From assembly GCA_964016885.1 (NCBI GenBank), contig OZ024741.1:323702001-323766000 (forward strand): a DNA stretch of 64,000 nucleotides. Direction: 5' to 3'. Below the pieces are notes generated by a model. That model saw only the letters and a program-made list of their open reading frames with translations. It was not told where the DNA came from and searched no databases. Both the position numbers and the translations under genes were made by a program. Positions 45,161-58,918 of this stretch are shown here, piece after piece. The stretch's first letter is position 1. The number at the start of each line of letters is the position of its first letter. This stretch comes from Eledone cirrhosa. Taxonomy: Eukaryota.

Positions 45161-45780
45161 TCTACTATATAAATTGGAAGTGGTCGGACGTTGTATATAT
45201 AGGTGTAGTCGGATAAACGTCGAAACGGCTTGGTGGAATGCAGCGAAAATTTACACAGTTATACAGAATGACCCGAGGAGGCGTTCGGTCGACTTTCAAG
45301 CTTAAAGCTTCCATGGTTACGGAGAAAATCGATGAAACAGAAATTCCCCATTCAAATTGAACTGAGAGTAATCTGTGAACGCAGAAGTAAATATTTCGAG
45401 AAACGTTGCAACCGAAGGAAAACAGGAAGACGATATTTTGGTTCGTGAAGACGTTCCCTGGCAATGAACGGAAAAAAAGCGAGGATAATACGTCGTTATG
45501 TGGACCGAGAATATGGTATAAATGGAGTCGTTAGACTAATATTCTATTTAAAATAACAGAATCATTTCCAACCTCGGAGTTTAAGAATGATGTAAATAAA
45601 ATTGAAAACGAAAATGACAGAGGTTATTAAAATAGTAAAAGTAAATAGTGAAGATTTAGGTCAGTACATACGTATGCCCCGACGGACATACACATACATA
45701 CGCACACACAAATACATACACACCCACAAATACAAACAAACACACACAGACATACACACACACACACACGCACACACACA

Positions 45781-45834
<54 letters not shown>

Positions 45835-46297
45835 CACACACACAAGCACGCACGCGCACGCGTATGTATAAACCTTATGCATTTCTACAGTATTTTCATC
45901 AAACTTAAGACAGGTTACTTATGTACTCCGGATGGTCATGGGCACTTTCATTTTTCCAGATTTTGATTATAGGGCCTCCCGGCAGATAACCCCCTTTAAC
46001 CACTTCCTTGGAGTCGACTGAAGCACTGCAGTGCAATTCAACAAAACGTCATAACTTCTGGAGTTCGCAACTGATTTTCACAAAACTTGACACATGGGCT
46101 ACGTTTGTCCTACAGATGAATGTGAACTCTCAGAATTGGCACATATTGAGTCGGTGACCCCTGGGTGCAGGATTCCCCTTTTGGAAAAAGCCGATGATTT
46201 TGTAAAAGTATAGTTTTCGAAGCAGCACTGAAGTATTGACATAAATGGTATACATAACTGCTATTTAATACCCGAGCAACGCCGGGTACCTCTGCTA

Positions 46298-46298
<1 letters not shown>
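45161..46298 (+). mobile_element. Non-autonomous Helitron
   Basis: 5' A|TCTACTATATAAA at 45161. 3' hairpin CCCGAGCAACGCCGGG then CTAG|T at 46298. Internal (CA)n, no ORF. Confidence 0.85.
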
Positions 46299-46319
<21 letters not shown>

Positions 46320-46344
<25 letters not shown>

Positions 46345-46612
46345 GAAGGAGAGTAATATTGTAGAACAATAAAACTATGTATATTTCAGATAAGTAGCAC
46401 TCAACAGTTGGTAGAACTGGAGTATATATAATAAAGAAGAAATTAAATATGTAGACTTCGCACTTTCCTGTAAACAAGTGCTATTATGCCTCATATCATG
46501 TTACCTTATTTTATCTGATGAGAACACAATTTTTGTCCCAGGATGATTTTGTATTCGAAATGCGATTAATAAAATATATGGAACTCTTTTAACCATCTTT
46601 TAATTTCTTCTT
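46320..46612. mobile_element. Diverged solo fold-back pLTR of the 19085-22500 PLE family
   Basis: Similar to 19087-19190 and 22385-22500. Hammerhead-like motif at 46509-46574. Confidence 0.65.
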
Positions 46613-47049
46613 TATATATATATATATATATATATATATGTCAGTTAACTCTTCCTCACACTTCCACTCACTCACTCACTGTTTCTCCCCTTCTCACTTC
46701 CCCCCGTTCGCGACAAATACATTTTCCTTCTTTCTTACATTTGGATTCCTCTCGAAAGGTCTTTTTTCTAAGCGCTCATATATTCACCTAGCTTATGCTA
46801 ACAGAATAACTATGTAGCTTGTTCCCTTCCTATCTACGGTTAGCTTTCCTCTTTGTTGTTTACTTGTCTCACTCGCTTTATGCGTTTTAATTGTCCTAAT
46901 AACTTAATTTAGTTATTATTGCACCAACGTGAGGTATATGATTTTTAATGCAATGAAATATCTATGATCGTCGGCAAATCACTGATGAGGGACTCATTTT
47001 ATAACATGTTATCCATGTGCAACCTGCAGTATTCTTCTCCCCATTTTTT

Positions 47050-47100
<51 letters not shown>

Positions 47101-47119
47101 TGTTATACTTGGGGAGGGT

Positions 47120-47677
47120 CATATTTGTGTAATATTGCCAGAATTAATAGCGGAACACACTCACTGTTTGGTTGGTTTTCGCTTTTCGCTTCTGTGTCTT
47201 TTATATCGGTTAATTTAATTTATTCGGTCCTCAATGATGCCATTGACTGACCAACGTTCAAAAATACAGATACAATATAAACACAAACACATATATATAG
47301 TTTATCAAAGTTCTTTCGTTGCACATCTGCAACATCGTCAGTGGTGCTATTGTTTCCTCCCGTTGCATTGTATTTTCTACGCCATCTTTATTTAGTCTGT
47401 TTATATATTTATTTATTTGTTTACTTTTTTGTCTTCTTTGCGCATGCGTTTGCGTGTGTGTATAGTGTTTTGTTTGATGTGTGTTCGTGATTGGGTGACA
47501 GTGTATTGGTTAATGTATTCTATCTTTACTAGTGTGTGTTTATATGTGTTCGTGATTGGGTGACTGTGTATTGGTTAATGTATTCTATCTTTACTAGTGT
47601 GTGTTTATATGTGTTTGTTGTTATTGTGCTTGTGTATGTATGTATTTATTTATTTATATATTTATTTATTTATATAT

Positions 47678-47712
<35 letters not shown>

Positions 47713-49420
47713 TACTTCTCTTAGGTCAGTGTTGTTTGTTTGGGTGTTGTTGTTATTCCATTCATTTTTTCTGTTTAGCCTTGGCCTTCTAAGTTCAATT
47801 TCACTGGCCTCTCTGATTTGCCTATCTGCTGGGTCATTTCTATGTTTAGATATTATTCTAATTTCTATGTTGTCTATGTTACCGTCGTGTTGTTGTCTGG
47901 CATGTTCGTATAGTACTGAACCGTTTTTTCGTCCTTTTAGTTCCCCTCAGTGTTGGTCTATCCTTTCTCCTATGCTATGAGCTGTGTCGCCTATGTATGT
48001 TGTTGTCATGTTTCTGCAAGTACCCTCTGTACATCTTATGCTATAGACTACGTTTCTAGTTTTACAGTTTATCCTTTTTATGGTATGATGGAAAATGAGA
48101 CTTAAAGATCTCCTTAATGAGAGCTCCATAGACCTCATCATGTACTCTCGTTACGTAGACGATATCAATATAGTTATAAGAACATCCCCACAAGAGAGCA
48201 CTAACAAGTTTGATTTAGAACGTAGCACAATGGTAAGCTTACAGCAGATAGCTAATTCCAGACACCAGAGTATAACTGTAATTATCGACTACCCTTCCAA
48301 ACACCCTAACAATAGACTACCTGTATTAGACACGGAACTCTGGATTAACACTCTAGACGAGAGAGCCCACATTCTCCACTCACACTATGCTAAACCCATG
48401 GCCTCCAAATACCTGATACTCAAAAACTCAGCAATGTCCAGTAGTGCTAAGTTTAATATTCTGATCGCAGACTTGGTACGAGTGATGAAGAACTAATCCC
48501 GCATGTGCGACCCAACAGAAATGGAAAGACACATCCAACACTTCATCAACCGCATGCAGTTCTCTGGCTACAACCAAAGAGACAGAATCACAGTATACGA
48601 AGGAGCCACGGAGAAGTATAAGACCCTCATAGAACTGGACATAAAAGGAATTTGCCCATTATACAGGAGCAAATCATGGAATAGCTTAGATAGGGCTAGA
48701 CATAAGATAGGGAAAGCCACCTCATGGTACGACAACCAGAGATACCAGAGTGTCATGTTTGTGGACGCTACCCCCGGAGGGAAATTAGCTAACCAGTGTA
48801 GAAAGGCCCTGAGAAAGACCCACTTAAAGATTAAGGTGGTAGAAAAGCCAGGAACCACCATAAAATCCCAGATCAGCAAAACCTACCCTTTTAAGAAAAC
48901 CCACTGTACTGATAGGAAGTGTATCATATGTAGAGTAAACCCCCGGATAAACTCTAGAACTAGAAACGTAGTCTATAGCATAAGATGTACAGAGGGTAAT
49001 TGCAGAAACATGACAAAAAAATACATAGGCGAGACAGCTTGTAGCATAGGTGAAAGGATAGACCAACACTGGGGGGAACTAAAAGGACGAAAAAATGGTT
49101 CAGTACTATACGAACATGCCAGACAACAACACGACGGTAACATAGACAACATAGAAATTAGAATAATATCTAAACATAGAAATGACCCAGCAGATAGGCA
49201 AATCAGAGAGGCCAGTGAAATAGAACTTAGAAGGCCAAGGCTAGACAGAAAAAATGAATGGAATAACAACAACACCCAAACAAACAACACTGACCTAAGA
49301 GAAGTATAAATAAATAAATAAATATATAAATAAATAAATACATACACAAGCACAATAACAACAAACACATATAAACACACACTAGTAAACTAAGATAGAA
49401 TACATTAACCAATACACCTC
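47120..49420 (+). mobile_element. 5'-truncated Penelope-like element with inverted 3' copy placed upstream
   Basis: ORFs 48095-48496 and 48503-49309 contain YSRYVDD, LPVLDTELW, HYAKPMAS, CTDRKCIIC and NVVYSIRC..YIGETACSIGERIDQH (GIY-YIG). 47580-48075 is the reverse complement of ~48945-49415. Hammerhead-like motif at 47303-47345 (-). Confidence 0.9.
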
Positions 49421-49609
49421 TTACATAACTACAAAGCTCCGGATTGAATAACAACAACATCCTAATGTTCTTATCAACTAGAACCTTTCGGACTTTCGCA
49501 GTTTTCTCCCTTACACGTCTCACCCGCAGTTTTTTATTGCCTGTGTGAAGTGACCATTTCTGCGCATGCGCGTTCATACGGTTGTTCTTCCTGTTCCGTA
49601 TAACCATGA

Positions 49610-49660
49610 CCATTACGAGCTGAGGATCCGCTAAGGTGAAACAATTGTTCTCGGTATGGT
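49610..49660 (+). ncRNA. Type I minimal hammerhead ribozyme
   Basis: ACCATTA-CGAG-CTGAGGA-TCCGCTAAGGT-GAAA-CAATTG-TT-CTCG-GTATGGT. Extended stem I and palindromic stem III. Confidence 0.75.
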
Positions 49661-49680
49661 GAAGTAACTGTTATGTTACC

Positions 49681-49722
<42 letters not shown>

Positions 49723-49731
49723 TTCTCTCTT

Positions 49732-49852
<121 letters not shown>

Positions 49853-49949
49853 AGATAGATAAAAAGCTATATAGATAAACACACGCATACATATATGATA
49901 ATAGTAATAACAACAATAATAACAACAATTATTCTTCTTCTAGAAATAA

Positions 49950-50168
49950 CAGTGCAGTGGCAGTATTGGTAGAGCGTCGGACAATATGTTTCACAGCATA
50001 GAGTTGCGGCCCTTTACGTTCTGATTTCAAATTCCGCCGAGGTTTGCTTTGCCTTTCATCCTTACGGAGTCAAAATATAAAACACCAGTAATACACTTGG
50101 GTCGATTTAATCGATTTCCCTCTCTCCCCAAATTACTGGCATTGTGCCGAATGTAGAAACCATTATTA
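49950..50168 (+). mobile_element. SINE family A
   Basis: Head TGGCAGTATTGGTAGAGCGTCGGAC plus core. Confidence 0.8.
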
Positions 50169-50337
50169 TAGAAATAAAGAAATATTTATTAATATAGAAA
50201 TTATGACTTCTTACGAAGGAAACAGTTCTAGTCCCGTAGAAGTCATTTCTACAACATGATAAATTTCCCTACACACTCCACTAATGTATTGAGTGCTTTT
50301 TTAAACTCTCGTTACCTCCCGATCCACACCGGGAATC

Positions 50338-50407
<70 letters not shown>

Positions 50408-50889
50408 CTGGAAAGTAAATAAAAAACTGAACACAGTGTTAAATATAGATTAAGCAACAGAATCCAGAGAGATTTGTTAGTGAAACACTATAATTATAAA
50501 GCCGCCACTATTCCCTATCATATAACAACAAATCTTATATTAAATTACTCTAAGAAGAGCATCTCACATAAATCCAAGTCTGATTCTATTACACTGCACA
50601 ATATTGCATCGTGTTGCAACATTCTGCTTCATGTTACATTTTGACTACTTTTAAGTCATCTATTTGATTTATTTTATGTCTAAACAGCATGACTGAATGG
50701 TTAAGGAGTTTGTTTCACGATCATTGTGTCCCAGATTCAATACCATTGCATGGCAACTTGAGAATGTTTCTGTATATAACCATGGTCTCGGATCGATCCA
50801 AACATTGCGAGGGAAATTGGATAGATTGACATTGAGAGGGGATTTGTCTGATGGACTGTACCTGTAATTCTAAGGACCAGCTGTGTTAC

Positions 50890-51525
50890 ATAGTGTTGAA
50901 CAAAAGGCCGACGATTGTTACCGAGCACTGTACGGCGTAATTCGGGCTGTTTGTTTACAAACAAACCGAACATTATAATAAATGTTCGGTAAACCCATAC
51001 GTACATATATATATGTGTGCATGTATGTATATATTTACATACTACTGTACCTCTGTATACATATATGGCTGTACGTATACATACTTATATTTAGGTATCA
51101 GCCGTACTAAGTGTGAGAAATGAAATCTCGTTTCATTCTTTTCCATTTATCGTTTTCAGTGCGCCCGGCCGACTAACTCACTCGATATGCAAATTAGGCT
51201 GCTCAGTCGTTAATATGCATAAGGAAGGTATATACTTTCAAACGTTCAATCATCTGACAGAAAGGTATACGATGCTAACGATAGCTACTAAGCATGAAAC
51301 TAGTACATCGTTCCTGTGTCAGTGTTGAACAAAAGGGCGACGATGGTTGCCGAGCACTGTACGGCGTAATTCAGGATGTTTGTTTACAAACAAACCGAAC
51401 ATTATAATAAATGCTCGGAAAACCCATACGTACATATATATATATGTGTGTGCATGTATGTATATATATACATTCTACTGTGCGTCTATACACATATATG
51501 TGTGTACATATACATACTTATATAT
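50890..51525 (+). mobile_element. Direct-repeat (about 1.4-mer) hammerhead element; ribozyme core mutated in this copy
   Basis: 50893-51090 is repeated at 51322-51525. The motif at 51269-51311 has core CTAACGA. Homologous to 59380-59935 (-). Confidence 0.7.
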
Positions 51526-51771
51526 ATATACTCACATAATTATTATAATTAACCATATACATTTACTACACTACAATACATTTTTGGTATAAACAATATA
51601 ATTAGATTCACAAACGGAACCTGAACCATCGGGTATGTCACTATTTATAAAACAAATTTTGTATTTTATATGATGAGAACGTACCAAAGTTTTTTTGGTA
51701 CCCTTGAAATATATATAATAAAATAAATATGGTTTTAGAAATATAGTTTCCATTTATTAATATCATTGATA

Positions 51772-51940
51772 AGCGGTGGTGGATTGGCAGTATCGGACGC
51801 CATGCTTTCCAGCATAGTTAGGTCCCTTTACGGTCTGAGTTCAAATCCCGCCGAGGTTTCATCCTTACGGGGTCGATAAAATAAAGTACCAGTAATGCAC
51901 TGGGTAATTGCTGGCCTTGTGCCTAAAATAGAAACAATTA
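51772..51940 (+). mobile_element. SINE family A (internal deletions)
   Basis: Head AGCGGTGGTGGATTGGCAGTATCG, B-box GAGTTCAAATCC, and core. Confidence 0.8.
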
Positions 51941-51950
51941 ATATCATTGA

Positions 51951-52005
<55 letters not shown>

Positions 52006-52153
52006 CGAACATGAACAATATTCTGTGATCGTTAGGATATTTTGCATGAAGAATAAATAAAGATACATCTGGGTATTCAACCTTCCATAGTTGGAGTTGT
52101 CTGGTGTTTACACTTCAACACACTTTTTAGAACAACATATTGATTGATTTTAT

Positions 52154-52235
<82 letters not shown>

Positions 52236-52241
<6 letters not shown>

Positions 52242-52644
52242 AAGTTAAATAAAAGTCAAATGATTAAAATTTAGCTTCGTTTACTACTGCTATATATATT
52301 TCAGTGACAGCCATCTTTGGCTGTGACCTCTTCAGGCAGTTTGAATTAGTATGGTATAGACAAGTACATATGTTGTTTAGGTGTATAATATTGTCAACAC
52401 TCTGATATGCCCAGTTCCTTGTTGGGTTGTTAATTCACTGAGGAACTGGAGTCATATGAAATATATATAACACTGAAATATATATAGCAGTAATAAACGA
52501 AGCTAAATTTTAATCATTTGACTTTTATTTAACTTTATTTTACACTACTCCGGAGTAACCAAACCAACCTGCGCACTTTGTCGAGTGCTCCAGCCTGCAT
52601 ACTGAGGTGTTGGTATACAACCAACATAAACTCAAAATCTATAT

Positions 52645-52650
<6 letters not shown>
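52236..52650 (-). mobile_element. Copy of the 4244-4500 hammerhead element with internal inverted segment
   Basis: Inverted arms 52236-52305 / 52471-52542. Ribozyme at 52286-52340. Confidence 0.75.
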
Positions 52651-52704
<54 letters not shown>

Positions 52705-52708
<4 letters not shown>

Positions 52709-53240
52709 TCAATATATCAATATAATAAAGAGAGATAAACACAGATATATACAGATTTGGGTTCAAATTATAAGGGACCAGATTCGAACTCAATATATAC
52801 TTTTGATAAATACGGCTCCTTGAATTTTGTAGAGCTTAATAATTGTCGCGTGAACCAGGCTGCTATTTTTAGCAGTATACGTTTTTACGAGACATGCTAG
52901 GCTCTGAATGCCACGTGCGTTTTTCTAAATGTGCGTTTCATTTAGTCTTCTAAGACACCTACAAGTGAAGGGTCTACTAATTTTTTACATCCACTGAAGA
53001 GCAATAGAATTGTTAATTCCCTCACTTGATGCGAAACAGTTTTACCAATGACTGTCTGGATGTTTGATAGTTATCACAATCGGTTTGTATCTTTTCTTAA
53101 TTCATTCTTTTAATTGAGTCTGGCAAACCGTATTGTTTATAGCTAGTATACTATTCACCCTAGCGAATCTGGTCCCTTATAATTTGAACACATATATGTA
53201 TAAATCTGTGTTTATCTGTCTTTATTATATTGAATTATAT
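52705..53240 (+). mobile_element. Inverted-repeat-bounded short element containing a full hammerhead
   Basis: Arms ~52706-52786 / 53165-53236 (TTCAAATTATAAGGGACCAGATTCG / CGAATCTGGTCCCTTATAATTTGAA). Confidence 0.65.
52987..53063 (+). ncRNA. Type I hammerhead ribozyme with full monomeric fold
   Basis: ACATCCA-CTGAAGA-GCA..TGC-GAAA-CAGT-TTTACCAATG-ACTG-TC-TGGATGT. 7-bp stem I and GUC cleavage triplet ending at 53056. Confidence 0.85.
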
Positions 53241-53324
53241 TACACGGCTCGGAAATTTTTTTCCACGAGCTATTTTAAATTGTAAGGGACTATTCTGAGT
53301 TTTTAACTCAATATATACTTTTGA

Positions 53325-53415
53325 TGTATGTATGTATGTATGTATGTATGTATGTATGTATGTATGTATGTATGTATGTATGTATGTATGTATGTATGTA
53401 TGTATGTATGTATGT
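53325..53415. repeat. (TATG)n microsatellite
   Basis: Seen directly. Confidence 0.95.
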
Positions 53416-53579
53416 GGATTGTGGATATAAAGGAGGGCAACATAACCAAGACTAAATCTTCTGTTAATTGCTAGGTACAACAACAATTGTTGTTGGGGCT
53501 CATTTTTCTTTCTGACTATTCTTTGATCTGTCAATGTTATTACATCGATGTTTTTTGAGCATGCAAGTCGTTCTTACTT

Positions 53580-54400
53580 CCTTATTGCTAGACATGGCAA
53601 GATTTTTGTCTGCATAACTGTTGCTATTCATTGTCAATACTGAGTGTCAAAGGCTGTTAGAAGCTGTCACATGGTGATTGCTAAAAATGGTAGATGATCT
53701 CACACTGTCCTTGCTAGATATTATTACACACTACACATTGTCACAGAGTCTGTATTAGACATTGCTAGACTTTACTAGACGATATCTCGCAGTACCTGCA
53801 AGAGATCAATAGATATCATTACAGAGTTACGGCTGGAAGATTATAGACAATGTCAAATAAACAATGATACAGATCTCTAAAGAAAACTTATAGTATACTT
53901 TCCCTCACCTATATATCCATTGATATATAGTTAAATTTGGACGTTGCTAGACGCCATTACACAGTCCGTACTAGAGAATGTTAGGAAACGATTACAGTTT
54001 GTTTGAGATTGTTAGATGTTTCCACTTTAAGTTGTTACAGAGCTATTGCTGCAATTTGCTAGATGCTTTTACATAGTCATTGCATGAGATTTTTAGAAAT
54101 AACTGTAGCTTGTTAAAAATCATCTGAGTTTACTAGATATTGCCTGATGATTTCATCTTAGATATCCTATAGGCATTGTTGGTGGTTAAAAATGACATAA
54201 ATTATCTAGAAATTGTCAGATGTTTCCATTTTAACATAGCTATTGCTGAAAGTGGCTAGAATGCTTTCAAACAGGCATTGCCAAAGATTGCTAGATATTT
54301 CCACGTTACACTCTCACTGGAAGCTGGTAGACGTTTGTCACACAGTCATTACTAGAGATTGCTAGAGATTGCTACAGTTTTCATGAGACCGCTAGATGTT
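53580..54400. repeat. Highly degenerate tandem array with recurrent (A)TTGCTAGA(C/T) and ACACAGTC motifs
   Basis: More than 15 variants of TTGCTAGA spaced irregularly at roughly 30-60 bp. Confidence 0.55.
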
Positions 54401-54772
54401 TTTACTTGGGTAATACAAGTGGATCAATAAATGAATATATTATTGATCTTCTTGTTGTATGCCGTGTCGGCACGTCATGGTGTAATGAGATATTGCGGAT
54501 CAATAGTAATAGTAATAGTAATAGACTGTACACTGTTTCACCACCAGTTAGGTCTTGCTTCAGTAACTTACCCTATGTCCCACACCGCCCAAACATATTC
54601 TATTTTTAATCGTATGAAATAGCGAGTGAGGGTGTGTAGTGCTTAATCAATAAGATCCTGGAAGATTAGTCGTAGCCAAGGTGATTTTATTTTGACTCCT
54701 ACCATATATGCTACGATATGGTAAAAAAAGTAAAGAAAGGGTTCCTAACGTCGGAACATAGTAGAATTCTTT

Positions 54773-54835
<63 letters not shown>

Positions 54836-55218
54836 AGAAAGAGAGAGAAAGAGAGAGAGAGAAAGCCATATAATGAGATAGAAGAAGAATTGACCACAGT
54901 GCTGGAATTTTATTCATCGAACTCGAAAAGATGAAAGCCATAGTCGAATCCAATGCCTTTTGAGCGCATTGAGCCTGAAGAAACACCGCACCATTTTTAA
55001 TCCGACGCACTTACAACTTTGTCAATTCGCCGATTGGCTGTGATATAACATATTTGGTTGCATCACAGCATTGCACCTTACTGTAAATAGGTACATCATT
55101 TTAAAACTCTTACGTTGGCACAAGGCCACAGATTTTATAAATGATTTCGCAAAAAGTGGAATACATTATATATATATATTATATATTGGCATATGGAGTA
55201 GGGGACTACACACACACA

Positions 55219-55373
<155 letters not shown>

Positions 55374-55374
55374 G

Positions 55375-57850
55375 AAACACCATAAAATCCCTGATCAGCA
55401 AAACCTACCCTTTTAAGAAAACCCACTGTACTAATAGGAAATGTATCATATGTAGAGTAAATCCCCGGATAAACTGTAAAACCAGAAACGTAGTTTATAG
55501 AATAAGATGTACAGAGGGTACTTGCAGAAACATGACAACAACATACATAGGCGAGGCAGCTCGTAGCATAGGTGAAAGGATAGACCAACACTGGGGGGAA
55601 CTAAAAGGACGAAAAATGGTTCAGTACTATACGAACATGCCAGACAACAACACAACGGTAACATAGACAACATAGAAGTTAGAATAATATCTAAACATAG
55701 AAATGATCCAGCAGATAGGCAAATCAGAGAGGCCAGCGAAATAGAACTTAGAAGGCCAAGGCTAAACAGAAAAAAATGAATGGTATAACAACAACACCCA
55801 AACAAACAACACTGACCTAAGAGAAGTATAAATAAATAAATAAATAAATAAATACATACACAAGCACAATAACAACAAACACATATAAACACACACGAGT
55901 AAACTAAGATAGAATACATTAACCAATACACAGTCACCCAAACAAGAACACACATCAAACAAAACACTATACACACACGCAAACGCATGCGCAGAGAAGA
56001 CAAAAAAAAACAAATAAATAAATAAATAAACAGACTAAATAAAGATGGCGTAAGCATACAATGGAACGGGAGGAAACATAATAGCACCACTGACGATGTT
56101 GCAGATGTGCAACGAAAGAACTTCGATAGACTATATATAGTCTATCGATGCTGGATATGTGCCAGAAAACCTTCTATCCCAGTCTGTTGTCCCAGTTTTC
56201 AAAAAGGGAAACAAATCCCTTGCCGTGAATTACCGTCCAATCTCACTCACCTCTCATATCATTAAGGTATTTGAGCGAGTGGTGAGATCGCGAATGACCC
56301 ACTTCCTTGAGAGTAACAATATGCTGAACTCCAACCAGCATGGATTCCGTAATGGAAGGGATTGCCTGACGCAACTACTGCATCACTTTGATGACATTTT
56401 GAGAGCCTTGGGAGAGGGTTCCAACACTGATGTTATCTACCTTGATTTCAGCAAGGCCTTTGACAGGGTTGATCATAACATTCTACTGAGAAAGCTGTCC
56501 AATATTGGTGTCACTGGAAAGCTGCTGCAGTGGATCAAGAGCTTCCTGTCAAACAGAACCCAACATGTTGTAGTTGAGGGAGTCAAATCAAGCCCAGCCA
56601 AAGTCAGTAGTGGAGTCCCACAAGGCACTGTGTTGGGCCCACTTCTCTTCATCATCTATATTAATGACATCACTGACATCATCAAACACAGCAACATTAA
56701 AATTTTCGCTGATGATTTCAAGCTCCAAAAGGTCATCAATGGCGTGGATGACCGGATAAGCCTTCAGTCAGACCTACTGGCTGTTACCCAATGGGCAGAA
56801 AAGAACAACATGTTACTGAACGAAGACAAATTCGAACTGATCCACTTTGGAAAAGAGGATGCTCTGAAACTCCCGTACTCCCTTCCCTCCGGGGAAACTC
56901 TCGTGGCATCTAACAACATCAGAGACTTGGGAGTAACCGTGGACAGCAACATAAGCTGGACCACGCATATAAGCAGCAAAGTTGACATGGCCCGCAGAAT
57001 GTGTTCCTGGATCCTCAGAACCTTCCAGTCGAGAGATTCCCGCACCATTATCCTTCTCTTCTCTACTTTCGCCCGACCACACCTTGAATACTGTTGTCCA
57101 CTGTGGTCTCCCCACACGAAACAAAGTATCATGAAACTTGAAGCTCCTCAAAGGGCAATCACGAAAAAGATAGATGGCATGTCAGACCTTGACTACTGGG
57201 GTCGATTGGAAAACCTGAAACTTTACTCACTCCAACGTCGCCGTGAGCGTTATATTATCTGCATGATGTGGAAAATGTTCCATCATCACTGCCCAAATGA
57301 TGTTGGTATCGCCTTCAAGATACACCCAAGGCTTGGGCCCCGTGCTATCCGTCCCATTCAAAAATCTAAATCGCAACTCATAACAACAATACGGCACAAT
57401 TATTTCACCTCAATCGGCCCTGCTCTCTTCAACATCACACCAGGACACGTCAAAACAGAAACTGACCACACAAAATTCAAGAAGTCTTTGGACAAATTCC
57501 TCCAAGTAATCCCGGACAAACCACCCACACCCGGATATGTCTCCGCAAACAGTAATTCTCTTCTCGAATGGGCCATGGTGCCCAAATCCTGAATTGAAAG
57601 ACTTCGCCAGGTGGTGCTATTAAGTTAGACATGGCCTGGGCCAATACTGGCCAAAACATTTCAAAGCTAAGTTCAAAGTATATGTGTGTGTGTCTATATT
57701 GTATCTGTTTATTTGACCGTTGGTCAGTCAATGGCAACATTGAGGACCGGATAAATTAAATTAACCGATATAAAAGACACAGAAGCGAAAACCAACCAAA
57801 CAGTGAGTGTGTTCTGTTATTAATTCTGGCAATATTATTACACATATATA
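55375..57850 (+). mobile_element. 3' fragment (GIY-YIG + pLTR) of the 47120-49420 PLE family, interrupted by a LINE
   Basis: 55378-55930 is near-identical to 48856-49415. 55930-56139 and 57679-57848 match the reverse complement of ~47135-47520. Confidence 0.85.
56140..57678 (+). mobile_element. 5'-truncated CR1-group LINE with uninterrupted RT ORF
   Basis: ORF 56159-57592 (477 aa) contains NYRPISLTSHIIKVFE, QHGFR, YLDFSKAFDRVDH, SGVPQGTVLGPLLF, FADD, DLGV and RPHLEYC..LWSPH. Short 3' UTR. Confidence 0.9.
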
Positions 57851-57861
57851 TGTATGTATAT

Positions 57862-57924
<63 letters not shown>

Positions 57925-57928
<4 letters not shown>

Positions 57929-58090
57929 AACGAGTAGGATCCCAACGGCTGAGCTCAAGCCGTTCCGACGGCTAATTCAGAATTAGCCGTCGAAACGGCT
58001 TGAGCTCAGCCGTCGGGGTCCTAATCGTTCCTATTACCCACTCTACTACCCTAAGTATTGAGTACTTTGGTGCGTTATGGTCCACTGGTT

Positions 58091-58142
<52 letters not shown>

Positions 58143-58330
58143 AACCAGTAAGACCCCGACAGCTGAGCTCAAGCCGTTTCGACGGCTAATTTTGGTCCAG
58201 AATTAGCCGTCGAAACGGCTTGAGCTCAGCTGTCGGGGTCTTACTGGTTCCTATTACCCACTCTACTACCTCAAGTATTGAGTACATTGGTGCGTTATGG
58301 TCCACCTGGTTTCTTACCACATTTCCTTCG
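57925..58330 (+). mobile_element. Two adjacent fold-back elements of the 3363-3560 family, each between (TA)n
   Basis: Palindromes 57925-58033 and 58139-58253 with different centre sequences. Confidence 0.8.
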
Positions 58331-58375
<45 letters not shown>

Positions 58376-58379
<4 letters not shown>

Positions 58380-58691
58380 GGAGGTGAGTTTTATTGTAGT
58401 ACAATAAAGCAATGCAGATATCGGATAAGAAGCACTCTACAGTTTGTGGGACTGGAGTATGCATAATATAAGATCAAAAGATGGTTAAAGGAGTTCCATA
58501 TATTTTATTATGCGCATTTCAAAAACAAACATCATCAAGCAATAATATTTGTGTTTTCATCAGATAAAACAGGAGAACATATCATGTTCTCCTGTTTTAT
58601 CTGATGAAAACACAAATATTATTGCTTGATGATGTTTGTTTTTGAAATGCGCATAATAAAATATATGGAACTCCTTTAACCATCTTTTGAT

Positions 58692-58697
<6 letters not shown>
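58376..58697. mobile_element. Solo fold-back pLTR of the 19085-22500 PLE family
   Basis: Near-perfect ~113-bp arms (58467-58580 / 58583-58697). Each arm contains the hammerhead. 58376-58570 matches 19086-19285. Confidence 0.85.
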
Positions 58698-58739
<42 letters not shown>

Positions 58740-58772
58740 CATGTGTGTGTATTTGGGGGTGTATACCTATAC

Positions 58773-58918
<146 letters not shown>

